A DNA stretch of 64,000 bases from Candidatus Hydrothermarchaeota archaeon (GCA_046760505.1 JBHIEG010000007.1:17577-81576), one strand, 5' to 3'; shown: positions 41,142 to 50,142, counted from the stretch's first letter. Notes: a model not told the origin generated them from the letters alone. A program made the numbers and translations.

Positions 41142-41624
41142 ATGTCAGTAGAATCGGAAAAAATAAGGATTGATAGAGTAAATCTAAAGGAAATCAAAGA
41201 ACTGGTGGAAGTTTATAAAGATGCTTATGCTGAGTTGGAAGAATATGCCTACACTAGCCGAAGCAATATAAAGGGGTATTTGAAATGGCTTTACAAAAGA
41301 GATCCGATGGGTTTTTTTGTTGCTTATTTTAAAAATCGACCTGTGGGATTTATTTCAGTAGATTCTAGATGGTACAGCGTGGATAAAGGTGTACTTCTGG
41401 GAGAAATCCATGAAGTCGTTGTAATCAGGGAATTTCAGGGAAAAGGAATAGGTAAAAGACTCTTCGAGACGGGTCTATCTTACCTGAAAAGCAAGGGAAT
41501 AAAGAACTTGGAGTTATGGGTTGGAGAAAATAATAGAAGGGCAAGGAAATTCTACAGGAAATATGGTTTCAAAGAAGTTGAAAAGCGATGGGACTGGGTG
41601 AGAATGACGAAAAAATTAGACTAA
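41142..41624 (+). CDS. GNAT-family N-acetyltransferase
   Basis: QGKGIGKRL acetyl-CoA motif, LWVGENNRRARKFYRKYGF. Confidence 0.9.
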   Translation: MSVESEKIRIDRVNLKEIKELVEVYKDAYAELEEYAYTSRSNIKGYLKWLYKRDPMGFFVAYFKNRPVGFISVDSRWYSVDKGVLLGEIHEVVVIREFQGKGIGKRLFETGLSYLKSKGIKNLELWVGENNRRARKFYRKYGFKEVEKRWDWVRMTKKLD

Positions 41625-42698
41625 ATATGAAATCGCTCTATACAAGATTTTGCTGGCTAAAATAATATCTTCAACATCAACGTATTCATTCGAGGTGTGG
41701 GAAGTTTCCAATCTACCGGGACCGAAAACAACTGGTTCAATTCCCCTTTCGTATAGATTTTGTGCGTCTGTCCAACTCTTCATACCTCTTATCTTTGCAT
41801 CCTTACCTAAAACATCTTTATATGCCTTTTTCAATAAACTTACAATCTCAGCGTCCATATTGATTTCGAAAGGCATGGATTCGTCTGTTAGTTTGTATTC
41901 AATTCCTTTAGAATCGAAATAATCATGTAACTCCTTCTTTATTTTTTTAGCATCTTGATTGGGGAGTATTCTAAAATCTAAAACCATTTTACATTTCTTA
42001 GGAACTATTAAGGCATCGAAACCCCCTTCGATTCTCTGGATGTTATAGAGGCTTTTACCTATCAATTCATGCTCCTCATTTAAGAATGAGAGCTCGTTAA
42101 TTTTTTCAATTACATCAATTGCTTTCATAATAGCATTTTCTCCGAATTCAATCGCGCTTCCATGCGCTTCCTTTCCTATAACTTCTATTTCTATCTCAAA
42201 GGATCCTGCGCCTGCTACACATATATCCAATCCGGTAGGCTCTAGAACTATACCGTATTTTGAGGTATACTGATCCGCTAACTTCTCGGATCCTGATCCA
42301 TCCCCCTCTTCGTCCACCAAAAATGCGAAGGTAACAGGAAATTTTCTCAGATTTTCTTTCTCTTTTATTGTTTCCAAAGTCAAGAGAATGGATAAAATGC
42401 CACCTTTAGCATCAGCACTTCCGAGTCCGTAAACTCTTTCTCCCTCAACCTCTGCCCTAAGAGTTTGATGATAGAGTAATGGTATTGTATCTACATGCGT
42501 GCATATAATGAGTTCTGGATCATCGAGCGGATTGACGATTAAGTTATAGTTTTTCTTTACATTTTGTCTTTCGAATGGAATATCCAGTTCATTAAGCCTT
42601 TTCTCTATATATCTTAGAATTTTATCCTCTTCTCCACTAGGACTTGGAATTTCTATGAGTTTTACCAACTCATCTATGAGGGAACGCATGGTGAACAT
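41616..42698 (-). CDS. M20-family metallo-amidohydrolase (ArgE/DapE-like)
   Basis: THVDT, GLGSADAKGG, DEE, EPT, GKEAH, WTDA, FGPG...H..NEY. Confidence 0.88.
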   Translation of the reverse strand: MFTMRSLIDELVKLIEIPSPSGEEDKILRYIEKRLNELDIPFERQNVKKNYNLIVNPLDDPELIICTHVDTIPLLYHQTLRAEVEGERVYGLGSADAKGGILSILLTLETIKEKENLRKFPVTFAFLVDEEGDGSGSEKLADQYTSKYGIVLEPTGLDICVAGAGSFEIEIEVIGKEAHGSAIEFGENAIMKAIDVIEKINELSFLNEEHELIGKSLYNIQRIEGGFDALIVPKKCKMVLDFRILPNQDAKKIKKELHDYFDSKGIEYKLTDESMPFEINMDAEIVSLLKKAYKDVLGKDAKIRGMKSWTDAQNLYERGIEPVVFGPGRLETSHTSNEYVDVEDIILASKILYRAISYLV

Positions 42699-42734
42699 TT
42701 TTCTTCATCCTTAGTTTTTTACTTAATAAATTTC

Positions 42735-43997
42735 TTAGATTGTGTATTTTTCCAACCCTAAGAGTTCAAGTAATCTATCAAAAATAGAGGATAAAAGTCC
42801 TATTATTCCTTTATGCTCAAGATCCTCAGAGACATGAATCGAAATTTTTTCTGAAATTATGATTTTTTCCTGATTATCTTCATAGTAGATTAAATTTGCG
42901 TTGGGAATCTCATAATCACCTTTTTGTTCTGGTCTAATCCTATAGCTGTAGGTTTTGAATTCTCCTCCTCCCAAGATATCTGCGATAATTAAGCTACCAT
43001 TGATAACTTCAAAATCTTTAGGGGCTGTATCAACAATTTCAATCTTAATGGGCTTATCTAAAAGGTTCTCTACCTTCAATAAGACGCTCATTTCTTGCCC
43101 AACTATTGGATTATAGTTTTCGATCTCCTTGACGATTACCGCACCAAGTCTCTCTCTTGGCGCGAACTTAGTTTCTCTGACTATTCTATACCTCATTGAT
43201 GAGGGCAATTCTACTTTCACTTCAACGCCATCAGAGTTTATATCCAGCAAGGTCAACTTTGCTTCTCCTATGTCCAGAGATTCTCCAGAATTCAGAGAAC
43301 CAGAAAGAGGAGACTTCTTCCCTTTGTATAAAACATTTATGTAGGCCCTGTTTTTTTCGGTATCAATAAGTCTCAGTCCATAATTCTCATAAGTAAATAT
43401 CTCTCCAAAGGAGAGAAAACCCTGATAAAAGCCTTTTCCTTCCTTCAATAATTCGCCCTCATAGATATAGGTGGTAGGTGGACCAGTAAGTTTAGGTTCT
43501 TTTTTTTCTTTGTAGGTTTCTTTCTTAGGAATTTGGGTTAACTTTACTCCTCTCAATAAACTGTTTATTACAGATTCGAGCTCTTCTTTCTCTCTGTAAC
43601 CAGACAATTTTTTAACCGGCCTTCCATATCTGTCGAAAAAGGTAAACGTCGGGAGGTAGCGTTCACCATACTTTCTTGAAAGTTTTAGACCTTCTGCAGT
43701 ATCTACGTTAACGGTTATTATATCCACGATTCCCTTGTATTTCGTTCTCAGCGCTCTTACGGTTGGAATCATCATTCTACAAACCCCGCACCTATCTGCT
43801 GAGAATTCTAATACGGTGGGCTTACCGTTGTTTAATGCTTCATGAAACTTCTCTGGAGAGTAATCATAGAGAATTCCAGCGGGGCTTAAATACCCCTCAA
43901 AATCTCCTGCCTCTTCTGCCTCAGAAGGAATCAATAGCATGACTAGCATTACAATCAGGAAAACGACCAGGAGATGTTTTTCAAACCCTTGCATCAT
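42735..43997 (-). CDS. exported thioredoxin-domain protein with C-terminal BatD/DUF11-like Ig domain
   Basis: Signal peptide, EFSADRCGVC CxxC, LPTF cis-Pro loop; beta-rich C-terminal domain (..YSYRIRPEQKGDYEIP..); amphipathic tail. Confidence 0.7.
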   Translation of the reverse strand: MMQGFEKHLLVVFLIVMLVMLLIPSEAEEAGDFEGYLSPAGILYDYSPEKFHEALNNGKPTVLEFSADRCGVCRMMIPTVRALRTKYKGIVDIITVNVDTAEGLKLSRKYGERYLPTFTFFDRYGRPVKKLSGYREKEELESVINSLLRGVKLTQIPKKETYKEKKEPKLTGPPTTYIYEGELLKEGKGFYQGFLSFGEIFTYENYGLRLIDTEKNRAYINVLYKGKKSPLSGSLNSGESLDIGEAKLTLLDINSDGVEVKVELPSSMRYRIVRETKFAPRERLGAVIVKEIENYNPIVGQEMSVLLKVENLLDKPIKIEIVDTAPKDFEVINGSLIIADILGGGEFKTYSYRIRPEQKGDYEIPNANLIYYEDNQEKIIISEKISIHVSEDLEHKGIIGLLSSIFDRLLELLGLEKYTI

Positions 43998-44154
43998 CTC
44001 ATAATTTATGCTTTGGGCTATATTAAATTTTTAGATGTTCGAGCAGTTGAAGATTATGTTATTTCAATTAACCTATATTTCCAACTTTAATTTAATCTTT
44101 AATTTACATCTCTATTAATTTTTTATTCGTCTCTGAATCTGAGCAGATATCTCT

Positions 44155-44166
44155 CGAACATGTTCG
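44155..44166. promoter_or_regulatory. palindromic operator CGAACATGTTCG (copy 1)
   Basis: Perfect 12-bp palindrome in the divergent intergenic region, ~24 nt upstream of TATATAT; recurs at 49391 and 50131. Confidence 0.62.
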
Positions 44167-44236
44167 TGGTAACGATTATCCTCTAAGAGTATATATGTTA
44201 GTTTGACTCTTGAAGTAATGATAATGGTGGACATCT

Positions 44237-45241
44237 ATGTTTGAGCAGTTGAGAGAAGTAATTTTAGAAAAAATTAGACAGGGTATAGATCCCTTGGGAA
44301 AAATAATCGGTCAGGAAGAGGCTAAGGAAGGAATACTAGCAGCTTTGCTTGTAGGACATCATATTCTGATTGAAGGCCCTCCAGGGGTAGGTAAGACCAC
44401 TCTGGCAAAGGAAGTTGCAAAACTTTTGCCACCGATAAAAGTCGTTAAGGGGTGCCCCTATAACTGTGATCCTGAAGAGCCTGTTTGCCCCCTGTGCAAG
44501 CAGAAAAAAGACTTTGAAATCGAGGAAATTGCTGGAATAAAGAGGTTTGTCCGAATTCAGGGTTCTCCAGATCTTACTGCAGAGGATCTTCTCGGAGACA
44601 TTGATCCTCCGATGGCATTCAAGTATGGACCCCAAGACTACAGGGCATTTACTCCCGGAAAACTTCTCAAAGGAAATAGAGGGGTTATATTCTTCGATGA
44701 ACTCAACAGAGTCCCAGAAAAGTTGCAGAATGCTTTACTTCAAGTATTGGAGGAGGGAATAGCTACCATAGGTCCCTACGACGTTGACTATCCCTCCAAT
44801 TTTATAATGATCGCAACCATGAATCCTGCTGAGCACGCTGGAGTGGAAGAACTCTCAGACGTTTTGCTTGATAGGTTTGATATGGTAAGAATGGGGCATC
44901 CTGTTTCCATAGAAGAGGAAAAGAGAATCGTGCTGGAAAACGCCCGTGATATAGGCGTTAAAGTCAAACCTGAGTTGATGGACGAATTACTCAAAATAGT
45001 TAGGGCTACAAGGGAGGATGAAGAAATTTCCCAGGGAGCAAGCGTTAGAGCGAGCATAAGTTTATACGAAAAGGCTCAGGCCAGGGCTCTTATGCATGGA
45101 AGAAGAGAGGTGACCAGAGAAGACATAATGGAAATGGCTCCTTCCGTACTACTTAAACGCATAAAACCCGCTCCAGAATCTCCTTACTTTGAAGATCCCT
45201 TGCCTCTCGTGATAAGGAAGATAGATGAGGTAATGGGCTAA
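44237..45241 (+). CDS. ChlI/MoxR-like AAA+ ATPase
   Basis: IIGQE, GPPGVGKTT Walker A, CPYNC..CPLC insert, FFDELNR Walker B, ATMNP, LLDRF, SVR. Confidence 0.88.
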   Translation: MFEQLREVILEKIRQGIDPLGKIIGQEEAKEGILAALLVGHHILIEGPPGVGKTTLAKEVAKLLPPIKVVKGCPYNCDPEEPVCPLCKQKKDFEIEEIAGIKRFVRIQGSPDLTAEDLLGDIDPPMAFKYGPQDYRAFTPGKLLKGNRGVIFFDELNRVPEKLQNALLQVLEEGIATIGPYDVDYPSNFIMIATMNPAEHAGVEELSDVLLDRFDMVRMGHPVSIEEEKRIVLENARDIGVKVKPELMDELLKIVRATREDEEISQGASVRASISLYEKAQARALMHGRREVTREDIMEMAPSVLLKRIKPAPESPYFEDPLPLVIRKIDEVMG

Positions 45242-47563
45242 ATGGGTATAAGAAAAGATATAAGGAATGTATTGAGGGAAAGAGAAGAAGAATTATTTGA
45301 AGGACTTTACTTGCCAGTGGATTTCAAGGAAGATGTCCTGACTAGTCTTTTCGCTGGGCACAACATAATCCTCGCTGGACCTCCAGGAACAGGAAAGACA
45401 AGTATTGCCTTAAATCTATCAAAAATGCTCCCTGATATTAAAGTAGTTAGAGGCTGTCCAGTTAATTGTCTTTTTGAAAATCCAACATGTCCATTTTGCA
45501 AAAAATTAGGAAAAATGGAGCCAGAGATCATAAAGGGAAGCGAGAGGATGGTGAGAATACAGGGAAGCGCAGAAATGGTTCCTGAAGATCTAATAGGAGA
45601 CTTCGATCCAAAAGTGACTCTTGAAGAGGGCTTCACCTTGGAAGCCTTTCATCCAGGAAAACTCTTTAAAGCCAATAATGGCATATTGATGGTAGATTTC
45701 ATTGATAGAATGCCTGAGAGAGTAATAAATACCCTATTATCTAGCCTCGAGGAAGGATACGCTGTTCCACGGTTAGAAGAATTCTTCAAATTGGATTTTT
45801 TAATTATCGCCACGAGCGGAATTAAAACTCTAGATAGGCTGCCAGATGATTTGATAGATAGATTCGATGTAATAAAAATGGACTACATAGAGACAAAATA
45901 TGAAAAAGAGCTTTTTCTCGAGCGTGCAAAGGGTGTAAAAAAAGACCTCGTGGAGTTATATGCTAAACTAATTGGAGATACTCGTTCTCACTCAGATGTT
46001 CTAAGAGGGGTTAGTACAAGAGGCGGTTTAAGGTTTTTTGAGTTGTTGAGCATACTGCCCACCCTAAATCAAAGGGATGAAATTACCATAGAAGACGTAA
46101 AAAAGGCAATGTACATGACTCTAAGACACAGAATGAAAGTAAAACCTTATACCAAGGCAGAAATCGTTTTAAAAGACATAATGGATGATTTACTTGGTGA
46201 ATATAAAGAGAAAGGACCAATAACAGATGCTGACGTTATCAGTATAATAGAGGAAATAGCCTCTGATCCAAGCCTTCAGAGACCACTTAAGTATGGATTC
46301 TCAGATATTTTACTCAAAAGACTGAGTCAGAGACCTTCTTCTACATTAAGTTTAATTCAGCAGAGAATTGCAAAAGATTTGGAATATAAGGTAAGATTTG
46401 CTCCAGACCAGGCTGAAAAAATGAAGATAACGCAGGATACAGTTTTAGAATTAAGGAAAGAACTCAAAGAAAAAGCACTGGAGATGTTGTTGGATATTCT
46501 GGAAGTAAAAGGAGTTTTGAAGAAAGAAGTACGCGGCTATTCTTTTGGTGCCCAAGCCGCGAATTATTTCTTGGAGATGCTCATGGCGGACTGGACCTAT
46601 TTACCCTCTACTTACTATGGAGAGCACAGCACAGGAGTTAGAGCACCTTATGGCGAGGGAAAGATAGTAGGGACGAGAAAGTACAGATTTGGAGACAGAT
46701 ATCGAGACATAGCCTTTAGAGATACCATAATGCACGCAATAAAGGCAAAAAGAAAAAAGGTTGAGAGTGAGGACATCCAGGTCTATCAAAAAGATGTAAA
46801 ATCGAGAGTAGATATAGTACTCGCAATAGATACATCTGGAACCATGGAACAAGGGAAAAAACTATTCCAAGCTAAAAAGGCTGCAAGCGCCTTATCTCTT
46901 GCTAGCGCAAACTTTGGAGACAGAGTAGGCGTGGTGTCTTTCTCAGAGGATGCAGAAATCGTATGTAGGCTTACTGATAATCCAAACAAGTTAACCAGCG
47001 CGATATTAGATCTTACTGTATTCTCGAGAGGTGCGAGAACAAACATAGGAAGTGCTCTGATAAAATCTAGAGAACTGTTCAGTAAGTATGGGAGATCAAC
47101 TGCTACGAGACACATAGTCCTAATAACAGATGGAGATCCTACAGCTCCTCTTCCTAACCCAAGAGGATATGCTGTAAGGCAAGCAGTCATCTCAGCCAGG
47201 AGAGGCATTACAATATCGGGAGCATGCATTTTGCATGGAACTACTGAGCCGGAGTTTCTAAGAAGACTTACCAAGATTGGGAAGGGAAGAATATACGGTA
47301 TAGCGGAAGAAGCATTACCAGAAACAATACTAAGGGAGCATGCCATTTTAAGGGGTTTAAAAATACCCACAAAAATAGAGGAGCCGATAAAAAAGTCCAT
47401 AATCGATGTTTTAAGTAAAGAAGGACCCGTTACCCTAACTGTGCTTGCTAAAAAGATGGGAGAATCTTTAAGAGATGTTTCTAAAGCGGTAGAAGAATTG
47501 GAAAAAGAAGGATTGGTCTCCCATAAGTTGGTGAAAGACATAAAGGTTTATCACTTAATATAG
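45242..47563 (+). CDS. ChlD-like AAA+-vWA protein with C-terminal winged helix
   Basis: GPPGTGKT; degenerate Walker B (VDFID); MIDAS DTSGTM...TNIG...LITDG; final ~55 aa SIIDVL..GPVTLTVLAKKMG..VSKAVEELEKEGLV wHTH. Confidence 0.82.
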   Translation: MGIRKDIRNVLREREEELFEGLYLPVDFKEDVLTSLFAGHNIILAGPPGTGKTSIALNLSKMLPDIKVVRGCPVNCLFENPTCPFCKKLGKMEPEIIKGSERMVRIQGSAEMVPEDLIGDFDPKVTLEEGFTLEAFHPGKLFKANNGILMVDFIDRMPERVINTLLSSLEEGYAVPRLEEFFKLDFLIIATSGIKTLDRLPDDLIDRFDVIKMDYIETKYEKELFLERAKGVKKDLVELYAKLIGDTRSHSDVLRGVSTRGGLRFFELLSILPTLNQRDEITIEDVKKAMYMTLRHRMKVKPYTKAEIVLKDIMDDLLGEYKEKGPITDADVISIIEEIASDPSLQRPLKYGFSDILLKRLSQRPSSTLSLIQQRIAKDLEYKVRFAPDQAEKMKITQDTVLELRKELKEKALEMLLDILEVKGVLKKEVRGYSFGAQAANYFLEMLMADWTYLPSTYYGEHSTGVRAPYGEGKIVGTRKYRFGDRYRDIAFRDTIMHAIKAKRKKVESEDIQVYQKDVKSRVDIVLAIDTSGTMEQGKKLFQAKKAASALSLASANFGDRVGVVSFSEDAEIVCRLTDNPNKLTSAILDLTVFSRGARTNIGSALIKSRELFSKYGRSTATRHIVLITDGDPTAPLPNPRGYAVRQAVISARRGITISGACILHGTTEPEFLRRLTKIGKGRIYGIAEEALPETILREHAILRGLKIPTKIEEPIKKSIIDVLSKEGPVTLTVLAKKMGESLRDVSKAVEELEKEGLVSHKLVKDIKVYHLI

Positions 47564-47579
47564 ATGGAGAAACTAGAAA

Positions 47580-47933
47580 ATGGAAAAAGAAGATCTTAAT
47601 AAACTCCGGAAGATTTTAGATTACCTTGAAAAAGAGACTTTAAGGGGAAGACTGGATAAAATAGATCGCTATAGTCTACAAGAAATGTTAGAAGAGTTTG
47701 AGAAAAAATACTCTGAAAAAGAATTACTAGATGCATTAGAGGAAATAGAAAAGACTCGTATGGAAAGAGTATATCTTGATGTAGGGGAAGAAGAAATTAA
47801 AACGTGTTTTGATTGTTCTTACGCAAAAAGGGCTGGTGGCGTTTGGTATTGTGAAATCGATAAAAGGGGACGTATCATTACTATGGCAGATCTGGCCTAT
47901 GCGGAAAATTGTCCCCATTTCAAGAAAGCATAG
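47580..47933 (+). CDS. hypothetical protein with C-terminal 4-Cys motif
   Basis: Charged helical N-half; CFDC...WYC...NCPHF; GGAG RBS; co-oriented with the vWA gene. Confidence 0.65.
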   Translation: MEKEDLNKLRKILDYLEKETLRGRLDKIDRYSLQEMLEEFEKKYSEKELLDALEEIEKTRMERVYLDVGEEEIKTCFDCSYAKRAGGVWYCEIDKRGRIITMADLAYAENCPHFKKA

Positions 47934-47945
47934 AACACGAGGTCT

Positions 47946-48512
47946 TCAATCTATAGTTTCCAAGAAATATATGCAAGAGTAATCTTTTAATAATTCGACA
48001 ATTTCATTTTCATCCAATTCCTTTTCCTTGATATTTCTTCTTGAAACGAAAATTTCTCCGAATATTGATTTTGACCCAAGTCTTGTGATGTTAACATGTT
48101 TTTCTCCCACTCTTATTTTTTCTCCAAGTCTCTTACTAACGAAGTGATGTACTATACAAAAAGGACTTACTGCGATATCTTCATTTTCTCTGTAGTATTC
48201 GATTAAACTTTCGAAAGAAGGCGGAAACCTACCAAAATTCTCGACATATCTCCACAGAGTTTCCGCGAAGGGGCACGACTCAAAAAGTAAGAGATCTCCC
48301 TTCAAAATTGGAATAACGGTGAAATATGGAATAAAAACTTCTCCCTTTGATATTTTTTCTTTAAATTCATCTAAATCTTTGAATTCTTGTATTTCAACCT
48401 TTTCAAAGAGAGTCATTCCAAGATCTTTTAACCATTCGATCGTATCAGAGAGACTTGACGTGTTTGCCAGTGTTTCGATGTATGTTATGAGAACCATATA
48501 AGGGTATTCCAT
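47946..48512 (-). CDS. hypothetical protein (CPF...FCIVHH possible metal site)
   Basis: 188-aa ORF filling the gap, with RBS-like GGAG/GGGATTGGG upstream. Confidence 0.65.
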   Translation of the reverse strand: MEYPYMVLITYIETLANTSSLSDTIEWLKDLGMTLFEKVEIQEFKDLDEFKEKISKGEVFIPYFTVIPILKGDLLLFESCPFAETLWRYVENFGRFPPSFESLIEYYRENEDIAVSPFCIVHHFVSKRLGEKIRVGEKHVNITRLGSKSIFGEIFVSRRNIKEKELDENEIVELLKDYSCIYFLETID

Positions 48513-48541
48513 CCCAATCCCTATACTCCTTTATTTTTTGC

Positions 48542-49351
48542 TTAATTCTTCTTCTCTCCCCTGATACTTACTATCGCCTCTTTGAATGGTATAACCTTGC
48601 CTGAAGATTCCAAAGCGGATTTTACTATGTTAACTAGTCCAAAACAGCATGGGACCTCCATGTGCACGCAGGTAAGAGTGCTGATTTCGTTTTCTTTGAA
48701 TATAGTCGCGAGTTTCTTTTTGTAGTACTCACAATCATCGAGCTTAGGGCAACCTACCAAGAGCACCCTGTCCTTTAGGAAGTCCTCATGAAAGTCTGGA
48801 TAGGCAAATGGAACACAGTCTGCTGCGATAATGAGTTCAGCGCCTTTTAAGTAAGAAGCATTGGTTGGAACCAGCATAATCTGGACAGGCCAGTTTTTTA
48901 GGTGAGAAGCAGATTTAAGCGGTTTTTCTTCTTTTATGCTTCTATCTGGTAACTCTGTTGTCATTGAATCAGAACAGATTGAATGAGATTCACTTTCATG
49001 ATTAAGAGAAATTCCATGTTCTTCAAGATATTTCAGGGCTTCTTGGAGGTATTCATCTGCTCCATGATCCTTAAGATGCTGTAGATGCGCACTTATTGTG
49101 TTTGGACCTTGCTTCACGATATTTTCCATTACCTTTCTTTCGTTGTATGGCTTTGCTTCACGCTCTTCTATTGTAATAGCGCCAAAAGGACAATGACCAA
49201 CACATGCTCCAAGCCCGTCGCATAAAAAATCGCTCAAAAGACGAGCTTTACCATCTATTATCTGCAATGCTCCTTCAGGACAGTTAGGGATGCATTTGCC
49301 ACAGCCATTGCATTTATCCTCATCGATTTTGATTATCTTTCTGAGTGGCAT
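48542..49351 (-). CDS. 2x[4Fe-4S] ferredoxin-domain protein with Cys-rich C-terminal domain
   Basis: CNGCGKCIPNCPEGA, CDGLGACVGHCP, NWPVQ, AADC, GCPKLD, MEVPCC; start at MPLRKII. Confidence 0.85.
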   Translation of the reverse strand: MPLRKIIKIDEDKCNGCGKCIPNCPEGALQIIDGKARLLSDFLCDGLGACVGHCPFGAITIEEREAKPYNERKVMENIVKQGPNTISAHLQHLKDHGADEYLQEALKYLEEHGISLNHESESHSICSDSMTTELPDRSIKEEKPLKSASHLKNWPVQIMLVPTNASYLKGAELIIAADCVPFAYPDFHEDFLKDRVLLVGCPKLDDCEYYKKKLATIFKENEISTLTCVHMEVPCCFGLVNIVKSALESSGKVIPFKEAIVSIRGEKKN

Positions 49352-49390
49352 AGTTATCTCTCTTATATTTTTGATTGACATAGTTTCTGG

Positions 49391-49402
49391 CGAACATGTT
49401 AG
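49391..49402. promoter_or_regulatory. palindromic operator CGAACATGTTAG (copy 2, one mismatch)
   Basis: Sits between divergent genes, immediately followed by CGAAAAA (BRE-like). Confidence 0.58.
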
Positions 49403-49440
49403 CGAAAAACGTGATATGCAATGAGGCTTTCAAACTAACC

Positions 49441-49566
49441 ATGAGTATGAATAAATGCCTGAACTGCGGCAACACAAGCGAGGAGATCCCTCTAATAAAA
49501 TGTGAGGTAAAGGGCGAGCAGAAGTGGGTATGTGTTAAATGCTTGCCAGTTTTAATTCATGGGTAG
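49441..49566 (+). CDS. 41-aa CxxC...CxxC zinc-finger microprotein
   Basis: Manual translation MSMNKCLNCGNTSEEIPLIKCEVKGEQKWVCVKCLPVLIHG*; below the ORF-track length cut-off; ends 4 nt before the next ATG. Confidence 0.78.
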   Translation: MSMNKCLNCGNTSEEIPLIKCEVKGEQKWVCVKCLPVLIHG

Positions 49567-49570
49567 TCCT

Positions 49571-50101
49571 ATGGAGTGGGAAGAGGAAGCGTTAAAGTTG
49601 TTGGAAAAAGTGCCAGAATTCGCCAGAAGCAAGGCAAAGGAGATAGTAGAGTCCATCGCTTTAGAGAAGGGAAAGGAAAGAATCTCTCTAAAAGATGTGG
49701 AAGATGCTTATAATCTCCAATTCGGAGAGGATTCTAAAAAGATCGCTATAATCCGATGTGATATCATATCTGAGGTCTGTCCGGGAGTTGGCTGCCTTAT
49801 AGCCTATGAAAACAGAAAAGAGTTATTCAAAGATTATGGACCGGATACAAAAATCGTTGGCTTTTTTACGTGTGGAGGGTGTCCGGGAAGGAGGGTATTT
49901 CGTCTTGTCAATACTCTAAAGAGATACGGAATTAATGCGGTGCACATGAGTTCTTGCATGCTGATGGAAGAGCCTTTTACCAAGTGTCCTTACAAAGATG
50001 AGATAAAAAAATCGATAGAAAGCCAAGGAATAGTTGTGATCGAAGGAACTCATCATGAAGTGGGCCAGTATGCTCATGGATCGAGATATCACATGAAATA
50101 A
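49571..50101 (+). CDS. CGGC-domain protein with N-terminal PCP_red-like helical domain
   Basis: MEWEEEALKLLEKVPEFAR N-domain; IIRC...CPG..C, FTCGGCPG, HMSSC, CP, GTH. Confidence 0.82.
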   Translation: MEWEEEALKLLEKVPEFARSKAKEIVESIALEKGKERISLKDVEDAYNLQFGEDSKKIAIIRCDIISEVCPGVGCLIAYENRKELFKDYGPDTKIVGFFTCGGCPGRRVFRLVNTLKRYGINAVHMSSCMLMEEPFTKCPYKDEIKKSIESQGIVVIEGTHHEVGQYAHGSRYHMK

Positions 50102-50130
50102 AAGAAAAAGAAGCAAAAATCCTAGAAACA

Positions 50131-50142
50131 CGAACATGTTCG
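50131..50142. promoter_or_regulatory. palindromic operator CGAACATGTTCG (copy 3)
   Basis: Perfect palindrome followed by CGACAAAAAA, 68 nt upstream of the 50210 operon. Confidence 0.62.

Noticed and set aside
44155-44166. LexA (Cheo) SOS box
   Set aside because: The spacer is 2 nt rather than 4, the host is archaeal and the downstream genes are not DNA-repair genes
46786-47541. Long antisense ORFs (e.g. 46786-47541, 32231-32863, 23095-23511, 7942-8448)
   Set aside because: Shadows of well-supported genes on the opposite strand, with Ser/Phe/Ile-rich composition and no motifs
44237-47563. Magnesium chelatase / photosynthesis genes
   Set aside because: No chlH/bch genes; ChlI/D-like pairs are widespread in non-phototrophic archaea
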